Below are positions 1 through 8,914 of a stretch of DNA of 64,000 nt, piece after piece; the first letter of the stretch is position 1, and each line of letters starts with the position of its first letter. Both the position numbers and the translations under genes were made by a program. The stretch lies in IMG/VR virus record IMGVR_UViG_3300018012_000099; one strand, written 5' to 3'. The notes beneath the pieces are model-generated. The model worked only from the letters and a program-made list of their open reading frames with translations. It was not told the DNA's origin and made no database searches. The stretch comes from a virus (Duplodnaviria > Caudoviricetes).

Positions 1-1
1 T

Positions 2-553
2 GGTAATGTTAAAGTTCCCTTCGGAACAGTAGGTTTCTCCGCCTTTCAGGCTCAACCCTGGAGTGCCACTATTCCGTCGCGCACCTATACCGTGGATAAT
101 GTTATCGGTACGGATGAAAATCAGAGAAACTATGTATATAGTCAAGTCAACATTCAAACAAATGGCAAGACTTATACGGTGCCCATTGCCTCTTCTACCA
201 CTAAACAAGTGTATCCAACCGCTAAGTTTAGCTTCTGGAACCCAAGGCTCTTATTGGGTGCGGATGGTGGTATCAACCTCAATCATGTCAGGGGTGAGTT
301 TACTCCAAGCATTAACGTAGGTATCATGAGCTATGGACAGTATAAAACAACTCCCGATTGGTCCATTCTAGAGGTGGGTGCTGGTTGGCAAGCCGTTAAT
401 GGAAAACCATCTTTGGTAGTTACTCCAGTGGCTTACAACGTGGGTCGTAATGTCTTCTCGCCGCTAATGAATAATACCTATGTAGCTCCCTCTGTTTCGG
501 TCGCTTCTGATGCCACGTGGACCGTTAGTGGCGGTCTTAGGGTAGGTTTCTAA
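2..553 (+). CDS. 5'-truncated protein with a beta-strand-rich C-terminus ending in a beta-signal-like motif (possible outer-membrane beta-barrel)
   Basis: Frame is open from base 2. Amphipathic strands with aromatics; ends WTVSGGLRVGF (terminal Phe). Confidence 0.45.
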   Translation, partial: GNVKVPFGTVGFSAFQAQPWSATIPSRTYTVDNVIGTDENQRNYVYSQVNIQTNGKTYTVPIASSTTKQVYPTAKFSFWNPRLLLGADGGINLNHVRGEFTPSINVGIMSYGQYKTTPDWSILEVGAGWQAVNGKPSLVVTPVAYNVGRNVFSPLMNNTYVAPSVSVASDATWTVSGGLRVGF

Positions 554-1380
554 TGTTACATATCCTCACTCTCACTTGGAACGGTGTAGATAAATTAACT
601 AAATTGCATCAGTCCTTAATTCCAGCTCTAGGAAACTCTTCTTATACCTGGCATATCAAAGATAATGGATCTACAGACAATACAGTGGAAATAGTTAAGT
701 CCTGGGAAAGTAATATTAGAGTTCTTCCTTATAAGGATAATAGACAAAACTTTGCAGAAGGTATGAACTATCTTTTTCATGACGTTTCGCCGCCCGATAA
801 TGATTTAATAATGTTGCTCAATAATGATGTGATTTTTAATGACACTACCTCTATTGGTAACATGATGAATATCATTCAGAAAGATTCTACTGTTGGGGCT
901 GTGGGCGCCAGATTACTCTATACTAATACCGATAAGCTCCAGCATGCGGGTGTTGTCTTTGACAAACAGTACAAAACCCCCATGCACTTTCGTAGAGGGC
1001 AAGTTTCAGATGAAATAGCGGAGAAGAATAGATTATTTCAGGTAGTTACAGGTGCCGTTTTGATTACCCGCCCTAGTGCCTATCGTGAAGTATGCAAAAC
1101 CAACAAGTCAGGTTTGCCAGGTATGGATGAGAAATTTCATTGGGCATTTGATGATGTAGATTTATGTCTCTCTATCAACTACAAGCAGAAGAAAAAAATT
1201 GTCTACTGTGGCGACACTAATATTTTTCATGAAGAAAGTGCTACCCTTAAAAAACATCCAGCTAACAAACTTTTCCTTAATCACAATCTTTTGTATCTTT
1301 TTGAAAAGTGGCAAAAGACGTACACAATAGATGGGGATATATATGCTCACGACACTAGACACAATTTGTATCGTGGGTGA
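553..1380 (+). CDS. Glycosyltransferase family 2
   Basis: LTLTWNG, KDNGSTD, NFAEGMN, LLNNDV, VTGAVL and FDDVDLCL motifs typical of GT2 (rhamnosyltransferase-like). Confidence 0.9.
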   Translation: MLHILTLTWNGVDKLTKLHQSLIPALGNSSYTWHIKDNGSTDNTVEIVKSWESNIRVLPYKDNRQNFAEGMNYLFHDVSPPDNDLIMLLNNDVIFNDTTSIGNMMNIIQKDSTVGAVGARLLYTNTDKLQHAGVVFDKQYKTPMHFRRGQVSDEIAEKNRLFQVVTGAVLITRPSAYREVCKTNKSGLPGMDEKFHWAFDDVDLCLSINYKQKKKIVYCGDTNIFHEESATLKKHPANKLFLNHNLLYLFEKWQKTYTIDGDIYAHDTRHNLYRG

Positions 1381-1382
1381 GT

Positions 1383-2351
1383 ATGAGCAAGAAGATTCTC
1401 GTTACGGGTTCTTGTGGATTTATTTTAGGAAATTACGTTCGCAAAGCCATCTACAGTCAAAAGAAAGAAGCTGATAGGGATACCTTCATCAGTATCGATA
1501 GAGTTACAGCTAACAACTTGAACTCTATGTATTGGAACCAGAACCACAAGTTCTATCCAGCTGATATTCGTGATAATCATGTCATGGATATCATCTTTCA
1601 GCGCGAGCAACCCGAGATTGTTATTCATGGTGCTGCCGAAACCTTTGTCGATACATCGCTTAGTGATCCGAATTCTTTTGTTACCTCTAATGTATTGGGA
1701 ACTCAAGTAGTTATTAATTGCTGTCTTAAACATAATGTTAAGAAATTGGTTTACATCTCTACGGATGAGGTATATGGGCAACTGACCAGCGAGAAAGATA
1801 TTGCCTGGACCGAGGAGGCGCCGTTAGACCCTAGGAACCCCTATTCAGCTTCTAAAGCGGCTGGGGAGATGCTGGTCAAAGCAGCCAACGCCAGCCATGG
1901 GTTAATTTATAACATTACTAGAAGCTCCAACAACTATGGACCCCGCCAGCTCCCCGAGAAGCTGATTCCCAAGGCGATAAAGTGCATCCTGACTGGTCAA
2001 AAAATTCCTATTTATGGAGAAGGTAAACAGATTCGAGATTGGACCTACGTAGATGACAATTGTAGCGCCATTTCTACGATAGTGGAGAAGGGCGCTTCCA
2101 ATGAAACTTATAACATTTCTGCCCATCAGGAGTTCACTAATATTGAAGTCATCCAGGCAGTATGTAATGCTATGAATGAAGGGTATCAACTTATCTCCTT
2201 TATCCCAGATCCCCGTCCTGGTCACGATTTTCGCTACGCAGTAGATACTTCTAAGCTACAAGCTTTGGGGTGGAAACCTTCCTATAAGCTTAAGGGCGGG
2301 CTGGAGGAGACGGTGAATTGGTATAAGTTGAACCAGTGGTTTTTGAAGTGA
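1383..2351 (+). CDS. rmlB: dTDP-glucose 4,6-dehydratase (extended SDR)
   Basis: VTGSCGFILG, HGAAETFVD, ISTDEVYG, YSASK, NNYGP, RDWTYV, RPGHDFRY. Confidence 0.88.
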   Translation: MSKKILVTGSCGFILGNYVRKAIYSQKKEADRDTFISIDRVTANNLNSMYWNQNHKFYPADIRDNHVMDIIFQREQPEIVIHGAAETFVDTSLSDPNSFVTSNVLGTQVVINCCLKHNVKKLVYISTDEVYGQLTSEKDIAWTEEAPLDPRNPYSASKAAGEMLVKAANASHGLIYNITRSSNNYGPRQLPEKLIPKAIKCILTGQKIPIYGEGKQIRDWTYVDDNCSAISTIVEKGASNETYNISAHQEFTNIEVIQAVCNAMNEGYQLISFIPDPRPGHDFRYAVDTSKLQALGWKPSYKLKGGLEETVNWYKLNQWFLK

Positions 2352-2357
2352 TATAAT
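2349..2357 (+). promoter_or_regulatory. Extended -10 promoter (TG-n-TATAAT) upstream of the tubulin gene
   Basis: TGATATAAT overlaps the rmlB TGA stop; an AAGGAG SD follows at 2365-2370. Confidence 0.6.
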
Positions 2358-2377
2358 AGGACGCAAGGAGAAAGAGA

Positions 2378-3739
2378 ATGCCAGCAACATCAGTAACGGA
2401 ACAGGGAAAACCAGAAGAAATAGTAGATAACATGCCTAATACAGAAGTTAAAACAGAAGATAAAATGGATGCTAGCAAGTTGGCGGCGCTAAAAGCCAAA
2501 AGTGAAACCAAACAACAGGAGAGTAAGATGGCAGCTAAGATCGTATCAAGAAAAGAAAGAAGTATTGCTTTAGGTGTAGTAGGATCGGGTCAAGCCGGCT
2601 CTAGATTAGCTGAAGCTTTTTATCAGCTAGGCTACGATACAGTAGCTATCAATACTGCCATGCAAGATTTAAAATTTATTAACATTCCAGATGCCAACAA
2701 ACTATTGTTAGAGCACGGTTTGGGTGGAGCGGCTAAAGAAATTGAAATTGGTCGTGCGGCAGCCGAATCGCATCGTGGCGAAATTCTTCAAATGCTGAAC
2801 GATAAGTTAGCTGGTTCCCAGATTAATTTACTCTGCCTTTCTTTAGGGGGCGGTTCGGGAGCAGGTTCTTGTGAAACTTTGGTTGACGTTCTGTCTGGCA
2901 CAGGTAAGCCACTAGTAGTAATTACTGTGCTCCCGATGGATAATGAAGATGCTCAAACTAAGACTAACGCGTTAGAAACTCTTTCTAAGTTAGCTAGAAT
3001 GGCTCAAAATAAAAAGATTAATAACCTAATTGTAGTTGATAACGCTAAACTAGAAGTTATCTACCATAACGTTAGTCAAATGGAATTCTTCGGTGTTGCT
3101 AACAAGGCAATTGTAGAGCCTATCGATATTTTTAATACGCTCTCTTCCATGCCATCCTCCGTCAAAGGACTTGATCCTATGGAGTGGGGCAAGCTATTCA
3201 CTGATGGTGAAGGTTTGACGGTTTATGGGGAATTGACTGTGGATAACTTTTCTGAAGACACCGCTATTGCCGAAGCAGTGGTTAACAATTTGAATGGTAA
3301 TTTGTTAGCTGGTGGTTTTGATCTTAAACAATCGAGATATGTGGGCGTAATTATTGCTGCCAACAAAGAGGTTTGGGCAAAGATTCCAAGCTCTAGTATC
3401 ACTTATGCTATGGCTATGATCAATGATCAATGTGGTACTCCTAAGGGAGTTTTCAAAGGTATTTACACCGTAGAAACTCCTGACCCTGTTGTCAAAGTAT
3501 ACAGTATGTTCAGCGGTCTCGGTTTGCCAGAGTCCCGCGTCACTCAGCTCAAGAAGGAAGCTCACGAGCACACCACCGCTGTCAAGAACAAGGATGAAGC
3601 TCGTAACCTCAATCTACAATTGGAAACGGGCACTAACGAAACGGTTTCTGCGGCACAAAAGATCAAAGATAAGATGGCTGCCAAATCTTCTGCTTTTGGT
3701 AAACTGGTTGGAGGGGTGGTAGATAGGCGCAAACAATGA
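2378..3739 (+). CDS. Tubulin/FtsZ-family GTPase (TubZ/PhuZ-like)
   Basis: GVVGSGQAGSRLA (T1), AINTAMQDL, signature LGGGSGAG, IVVDN, T7-like GLDPME; charged C-terminal tail. Confidence 0.9.
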   Translation: MPATSVTEQGKPEEIVDNMPNTEVKTEDKMDASKLAALKAKSETKQQESKMAAKIVSRKERSIALGVVGSGQAGSRLAEAFYQLGYDTVAINTAMQDLKFINIPDANKLLLEHGLGGAAKEIEIGRAAAESHRGEILQMLNDKLAGSQINLLCLSLGGGSGAGSCETLVDVLSGTGKPLVVITVLPMDNEDAQTKTNALETLSKLARMAQNKKINNLIVVDNAKLEVIYHNVSQMEFFGVANKAIVEPIDIFNTLSSMPSSVKGLDPMEWGKLFTDGEGLTVYGELTVDNFSEDTAIAEAVVNNLNGNLLAGGFDLKQSRYVGVIIAANKEVWAKIPSSSITYAMAMINDQCGTPKGVFKGIYTVETPDPVVKVYSMFSGLGLPESRVTQLKKEAHEHTTAVKNKDEARNLNLQLETGTNETVSAAQKIKDKMAAKSSAFGKLVGGVVDRRKQ

Positions 3740-3799
3740 GTAGTCTATACTGGATTTATTGTCTAGAGAATAAAATCGATGAAAAATATAGGAAAAGTA

Positions 3800-4078
3800 A
3801 TGAATCAGGACAATAAACATAGAATGGTATCCCTTTTAGGTAGTTGCCTAAATAAACTAGTAACCGTTTATACAGATGCGGGAACCAACTATACTGGTGT
3901 GTTGAAAGAGATTAAACCAGAAATTATTGATAACTACATAATATTAAGCACCTGGGATTCTTCTTCTCAAAAAGTAGATGGTTCTAAAATAGTCTCTTTT
4001 TACTGTGGCGAAGATGGGCTTAACCTGGAAGTAAGAGAGCTTATTGGAAAGTTTTATGAGAATAGGAGAAAGTCATAA
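3800..4078 (+). CDS. Sm/Hfq-fold-like protein A
   Basis: LNKLVTVYTDAGTNYTGVLKEI..NYIILST..VDGSKIVSF fits the Sm1/Sm2 pattern; paralog of 4681. Confidence 0.55.
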   Translation: MNQDNKHRMVSLLGSCLNKLVTVYTDAGTNYTGVLKEIKPEIIDNYIILSTWDSSSQKVDGSKIVSFYCGEDGLNLEVRELIGKFYENRRKS

Positions 4079-4362
4079 TGGAAATTTTAGAATCGGACAA
4101 ATTCTATGATGTATTGGCTAAATTAGATGGTACGGAAGTTACCGTATACACTACCCACGGGAAAAATTTTAGTGGTCTTTTGCATTTTTCACGCAACAGT
4201 TTTGTGGTGGAACTTATTCCGACCGATAAATGGGAATTAAAGCGATATGGCTCTTCTTTTGTTCCAATTGGTGTTGTCTTTGCTGCACGCGAATTAAAAC
4301 CGTGCAGTTCTGATGAATCTAAAGATGATGGTTGTGATGACTGCGATGAAAGCAAAGGTTAA
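4078..4362 (+). CDS. Sm/Hfq-fold-like protein B with acidic tail
   Basis: LDGTEVTVYTTHGKNFSGLL; paralog of 4365 (LxP...xYG...V..A.R). Confidence 0.5.
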   Translation: MEILESDKFYDVLAKLDGTEVTVYTTHGKNFSGLLHFSRNSFVVELIPTDKWELKRYGSSFVPIGVVFAARELKPCSSDESKDDGCDDCDESKG

Positions 4363-4364
4363 AG

Positions 4365-4673
4365 ATGGAATCGGATATTCTTAAGAATTTTATCAAACAA
4401 GACGTGGAAATATTGGTGGGAGGCGTGTGGATCGAAGGTTATTTGCTCCCTATCGTCAAAAACATCGTGACATTAGTTCCAATTGGATTAGCTAAAGAAC
4501 ATTATGGACCTACCGCTTGCAAAATGGAAGTTATCCAGGCTATTAGGCAGGTGAGAAGACCAGCGCAGACCAATTCCGCCGTTCCCAACGATCCGTCCCC
4601 TCCGGCATCAGTTCGTTCCGGTTTTGAAGCAGCTCAACAAGGTCACCCCGGTAACCGATTTGTCCATAAATAA
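4365..4673 (+). CDS. Sm/Hfq-fold-like protein B' with Pro-rich tail
   Basis: LKNFIKQDVEILVGGVWIEGYL..IVTLVP..IQAIRQV. Confidence 0.5.
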   Translation: MESDILKNFIKQDVEILVGGVWIEGYLLPIVKNIVTLVPIGLAKEHYGPTACKMEVIQAIRQVRRPAQTNSAVPNDPSPPASVRSGFEAAQQGHPGNRFVHK

Positions 4674-4680
4674 GGAGAAA

Positions 4681-4905
4681 ATGATGAGACAGAATGAACA
4701 TAGGATGGTATCTCTAATTGGTAACTATTTAAGTAAAAATGTCAGCATAAATATAAGCGGTGGCACCGTGCTTTATGGCAAATTACTGGAAATAAAACCA
4801 GAAAAAATTGATAATTATTTAATTCTTGAAACAAGCTTTGGAACAAGATATGTGGATGCATCACGCATAGAATCTTTTGCAATTGATGAACACAAGCCGG
4901 AATAA
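4681..4905 (+). CDS. Sm/Hfq-fold-like protein A'
   Basis: AAGGAG SD; YLSKNVSINISGGTVLYGKLLEI..NYLILETSFGTRYVDASRIESF; shares HRMVSL and EIKPExIDNY with 3800. Confidence 0.6.
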   Translation: MMRQNEHRMVSLIGNYLSKNVSINISGGTVLYGKLLEIKPEKIDNYLILETSFGTRYVDASRIESFAIDEHKPE

Positions 4906-4919
4906 TTACACATTATTGT

Positions 4920-5492
4920 ATGTCTCAATGCACAATTTATCTACTTAAAAATACCATTAATTCTAAAGTTTACGTAGGTCAAACTTGGTATACTTTGCCA
5001 GAACGATGGAAAGGCGGTGCTGGTTACGTGCACTGTGCATATTTACATAATGCAATCAATAAATATGGTGCTGATAAATTTTGCTACGAAATTTTAGCTA
5101 CCACCTCTAATCAAGAAAATGCCGATTATCTCGAAGATTATTACATCAATTATTTTGACAGTCGTAACAAGGATAAAGGATATAATATTAGAGAAGGTGG
5201 CAGTCGTGGCAAAAATTCTGATGAAACTATAATTAAAATGTCCAAGGCGCAAATGGGTGAGAAAAATGCTATGTTTGGCAAACGTCACTCACCAGATACT
5301 AAAAAATTGATGTCGGAAAATAGAGAAGATAGTAGCGGTGAGAAAAATCCTAGAGCGGTTCTCACTGAAAAATTAGTAGAAGAAATTAGAATTGATACCA
5401 GATCTGAAAGAGTTATAGCAAAAGAATATGGCGTATCTCGATCTACCATTAACAGTATCAAACGTGGTATAAATTGGAGAAACAATGGCTAA
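4920..5492 (+). CDS. GIY-YIG homing endonuclease (free-standing)
   Basis: TIYLLKN..KVYVGQT, GYNIREGG, NUMOD3-like and C-terminal HTH segments. Confidence 0.9.
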   Translation: MSQCTIYLLKNTINSKVYVGQTWYTLPERWKGGAGYVHCAYLHNAINKYGADKFCYEILATTSNQENADYLEDYYINYFDSRNKDKGYNIREGGSRGKNSDETIIKMSKAQMGEKNAMFGKRHSPDTKKLMSENREDSSGEKNPRAVLTEKLVEEIRIDTRSERVIAKEYGVSRSTINSIKRGINWRNNG

Positions 5493-6339
5493 TTTAATTA
5501 AAGGGATAGATGTCAGTATTATTCAGGGCAATATTGATTGGCAGGCTGTGGTTGCATCTGGTATACAATTTTGTATAATGAGATGTGGGGTCGGCAACGG
5601 TGGAATAGATTCTAATTATGCTAAAAATGTTGCTGGGGCTAAGGCAGCAGGAATTAAAGTGGCATGTTATCATTTTATTTATCCTTTACCTACCATACCT
5701 TCACAGCCTTTACGCGATCCTATTAAACAGGCTCAATATCATTTTAACGCTTCTTTGGGCGAATTAACTTGTGTGGATTGTGAATGGCCCGCACCACAAG
5801 ATTGGAGTAAATGGGGCTGTAATTCTGCGCAGCTCAACCAGTGGATGTTAACCTATTTACAAGAATACGAGCGCCTTAGTGGTCGTAAGCCGCTTATTTA
5901 TACTTATCCAAATTGGGCTGATAATGTTGGTTTTCAAGCAGCATTTTCCCAGTATCCCTTGTGGATTGCCAGTTATCAAGCCAATCCGGACATTCCGCAC
6001 CCATGGTCCGATTGGGTGCTATGGCAGAACACAGGTGGAGGCGGACATTTACCAACCACAGGTGCACCCGTAGATACTGATTTAGCTAAAGATCTTTCAT
6101 TATGGGATACAACAGCAGCACCCACTAATGAGCCTATACCAGATCACCAACCTGATCCTCCTATCAATTCAAACCCAGTTCCAGCACCCATCACGCCACC
6201 CCCGGCTGTAACGCCAACTTCACCGCCTGTTATTATGGTGCCACCTACTACCAACACCGTGAGTAAGGATTTTAATATTGTGATGGGATTATTTCGTGCC
6301 TTATTGAATTTATTTAAAGAAGAGTTGCCCAAGCTATAA
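5485..6339 (+). CDS. GH25 lysozyme (endolysin) with Pro-rich linker and amphipathic C-terminal helix
   Basis: GIDVS..QGNIDW, YHF, DCE, IYT, LWIASY, WVLWQ, VDTD. Confidence 0.9.
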   Translation: MANLIKGIDVSIIQGNIDWQAVVASGIQFCIMRCGVGNGGIDSNYAKNVAGAKAAGIKVACYHFIYPLPTIPSQPLRDPIKQAQYHFNASLGELTCVDCEWPAPQDWSKWGCNSAQLNQWMLTYLQEYERLSGRKPLIYTYPNWADNVGFQAAFSQYPLWIASYQANPDIPHPWSDWVLWQNTGGGGHLPTTGAPVDTDLAKDLSLWDTTAAPTNEPIPDHQPDPPINSNPVPAPITPPPAVTPTSPPVIMVPPTTNTVSKDFNIVMGLFRALLNLFKEELPKL

Positions 6340-6385
6340 ACTATTAGAATGTCGAGAAAAAGGTGCCGGTTATATATGAATCAGC

Positions 6386-7909
6386 ATGGCTAAACTCGTC
6401 ATCAAGGGCAACACCTCACAGATTATGGAAGAGGCGGATGTGGGGCATATTCTTGCTCTAGATAAACATTTGTCTTTTTTCGTTCAGGGCGCGGAGCACA
6501 CTGCGGCTTATCGCGGTTTCATCAACCGCGATGGTGATTATGTCAAGTGGGATGGTTTTAAGAAATTACTTACACCCACCTTACAGTTAGCTACAGGTTT
6601 GGTAGATAGGGTCAAAGATTTCTATCAGGTGGCTGGTAAGCCATTGGAAATTGTGGATCGACGTCCCGCTAAATCAGTAGGAAAAGAGCGACATATTCTG
6701 TTTAATTTGCAAAAGATTAACAAACTTCCTTACCCTTACCAATTAGAAATTTTAGATGTCATTGACAAATATGATCGAGGAATTATAAAGGTAGCTACGG
6801 GTGGTGGCAAATCTTTGATCGCCGCTCTTATTGCTGCAAAATTAGGTAAAAAGACTATTATTTATGTTATTGGTAAAGATTTATTATACCAGTTTCACGC
6901 GTTTTTTTCACAGGTATTCGACGAACCTATCGGTATCATTGGTGATGGTCAGTGCGAGATACATGACATCAATATCGCTAGTATTTGGACAGTGGGTCAA
7001 GCCATTGGTATGAAGAAGAATGAGATTCTGTTAGATTCTGACGATGAGGAGGAGACTCTCAGTAAGAACAAATATGCTAATATTGAACGGATGATGAAGG
7101 ATGCTAAAGTCCATATCATTGACGAATGTCATATGTCAGCCTGCGAAACCGTTCAACAGATTTTCAAGCACTCTAAACCAGAACACCTATACGGCTTGAG
7201 TGGTAGTCCGTGGCGTGATGATGGCGCCGATCTATTAATTGAATCAGTGCTGGGTAAATATATTGTCAATATTCCAGCTTCTCGTTTGATTAGGGAGGGA
7301 TATTTAGCCAAAGCTATTATTCGATTTCGTGTTGTTCCTCCCTACCCATATGATATTGAAAAATCGTATCCTTCTATCTATAAGAAGTATGTGGTAGAAA
7401 ATGAAGTTCGCAACGGTTTAATTTTGGATGCTGCCAAAACGCTGGTAGGTAAAGGCTATCAAACATTAATCTTGTTCAGTAGTCTTAAACATGGCAGGAT
7501 TCTATACGATCTGTTTAAGCAACACATGAAGTGTGCTATTCTGGATGGTAGTAACGATAAAGATGAGCGACAGCAAGTTAAAAAGGATTTAGAAGATCGT
7601 AAGATCGATTGTATTCTAGCTTCCAAGATTTTTGATATCGGAGTAGATATTCCTAGTTTAGCAGGATTGGTTATCGCTTGTGGTGGCAAATCTACTGTCA
7701 AGGCGTTACAAAGGGTAGGGAGGGTCATCCGTAAATATCCTGGTAAAACATTTGCGGTAGTAATAGATTTCTGTGATCAAATAACCTATCTAGATAATCA
7801 TTCGCGCATTCGACACAAGATTTATACCTCAGAGGACGGTTTCGACGTCAATTGGCCCATCGAAGAAAAGAAAAAGAGAAAGTCAAAGAAACATGATAAA
7901 GAAGAGTGA
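6386..7909 (+). CDS. Superfamily 2 helicase (UvsW/Res-like)
   Basis: ATGGGKS (I), IIDECH (II), LSGSP (III), QRVGRVIR (VI). Confidence 0.9.
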   Translation: MAKLVIKGNTSQIMEEADVGHILALDKHLSFFVQGAEHTAAYRGFINRDGDYVKWDGFKKLLTPTLQLATGLVDRVKDFYQVAGKPLEIVDRRPAKSVGKERHILFNLQKINKLPYPYQLEILDVIDKYDRGIIKVATGGGKSLIAALIAAKLGKKTIIYVIGKDLLYQFHAFFSQVFDEPIGIIGDGQCEIHDINIASIWTVGQAIGMKKNEILLDSDDEEETLSKNKYANIERMMKDAKVHIIDECHMSACETVQQIFKHSKPEHLYGLSGSPWRDDGADLLIESVLGKYIVNIPASRLIREGYLAKAIIRFRVVPPYPYDIEKSYPSIYKKYVVENEVRNGLILDAAKTLVGKGYQTLILFSSLKHGRILYDLFKQHMKCAILDGSNDKDERQQVKKDLEDRKIDCILASKIFDIGVDIPSLAGLVIACGGKSTVKALQRVGRVIRKYPGKTFAVVIDFCDQITYLDNHSRIRHKIYTSEDGFDVNWPIEEKKKRKSKKHDKEE

Positions 7910-8486
7910 AGGGGAGCTTAATTCCATCCCTAACGAAAAATACGAGAAGTTCTTTGCTAAATTCGACGAGATCGAAACATTAGAGGTGTCACGATGGAAA
8001 ATTGCTCACCTCCTCGGCTATTTTTGTCAAAAATGGAAAGCTATCTATGGTAATGATTATCATTGGAAATTCAATAACCAAAACCCTAACAAGTGTTTCG
8101 AGGTGTGGCAGATGAACACGCTGGTGGCTAAACTATCAGCCAACCCACAAATCCTTAAAGATTATATTGATTGGGTTTTCGTCAATATCGTTCCCAAGAA
8201 GAGCAAACTGCGTTCTATTTCTTTTATGACCAATGATGATGTAGTCATTCCGTACAAGATGAACGTGTTATTAGGGGGTAAGAAGAATCTCAACGTGGAT
8301 CGTTCTACTCTTTTGCCCTTTGAATATCGTCATATTTTAGGTCATTGTGGATTATTATCTCTCGTTAGCTACGGAGATTTAGCTTTTGCTTATCAAATGG
8401 ATCCCCGTCCAGATAATCTTTCAGATGCCATTAATCAAATGGTCGAGGCTGGGTTCGATCCAGAAATTCTTAAAAGGATCGTATGA
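7893..8486 (+). CDS. Hypothetical protein in the replication block
   Basis: 197-aa ORF overlapping both neighbours; no recognisable motif. Confidence 0.6.
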   Translation: MIKKSEGELNSIPNEKYEKFFAKFDEIETLEVSRWKIAHLLGYFCQKWKAIYGNDYHWKFNNQNPNKCFEVWQMNTLVAKLSANPQILKDYIDWVFVNIVPKKSKLRSISFMTNDDVVIPYKMNVLLGGKKNLNVDRSTLLPFEYRHILGHCGLLSLVSYGDLAFAYQMDPRPDNLSDAINQMVEAGFDPEILKRIV

Positions 8487-8914
8487 TACCACAACCCGGA
8501 CAACATATTAAATGTTTTTTGCGCAGCGGCAATATAGTAGAGGGTATCGTAGAAGAGTGGACCCAAGAGCAAGCTGTATTGAAAACTTTAGATCACCAAA
8601 GTTTAATGATTATTCACAGTCCAGCCCAGGATATACTACTAACCAAAGTATTGCTCCACACGGGAATCGCCACTCACTCGAGAGCGCAAGAAATAGCCGA
8701 CAAAATTAGAGAAAAGGCAGCAGAGGAAGGTCAGCCTGAACCTGACGAACAATCTTTGGATGCAATGACCAAAGCACAATTACATATCGAGTTAGCTGAA
8801 CAAGAACGTCGTGTGGTTGCCGAGAAGATGAAGGATCACTATCCTGATTCACAGGCACCTAGAAAGAAAACCTATGGATACCCCGGATTTTTCAAAAAGC
8901 CAAGCACTTCGTAA
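8483..8914 (+). CDS. Hypothetical protein with Sm/Hfq-like N-terminus and coiled-coil C-terminus
   Basis: PGQHIKCFLRSGNIVEGIVEEW..AVLK; ATGA coupling. Confidence 0.5.
   Translation: MIPQPGQHIKCFLRSGNIVEGIVEEWTQEQAVLKTLDHQSLMIIHSPAQDILLTKVLLHTGIATHSRAQEIADKIREKAAEEGQPEPDEQSLDAMTKAQLHIELAEQERRVVAEKMKDHYPDSQAPRKKTYGYPGFFKKPSTS

Noticed and set aside
2378-3739. Nucleus-forming lifestyle
   Set aside because: Tubulin alone is not diagnostic; no shell protein or multisubunit RNAP is in this window.
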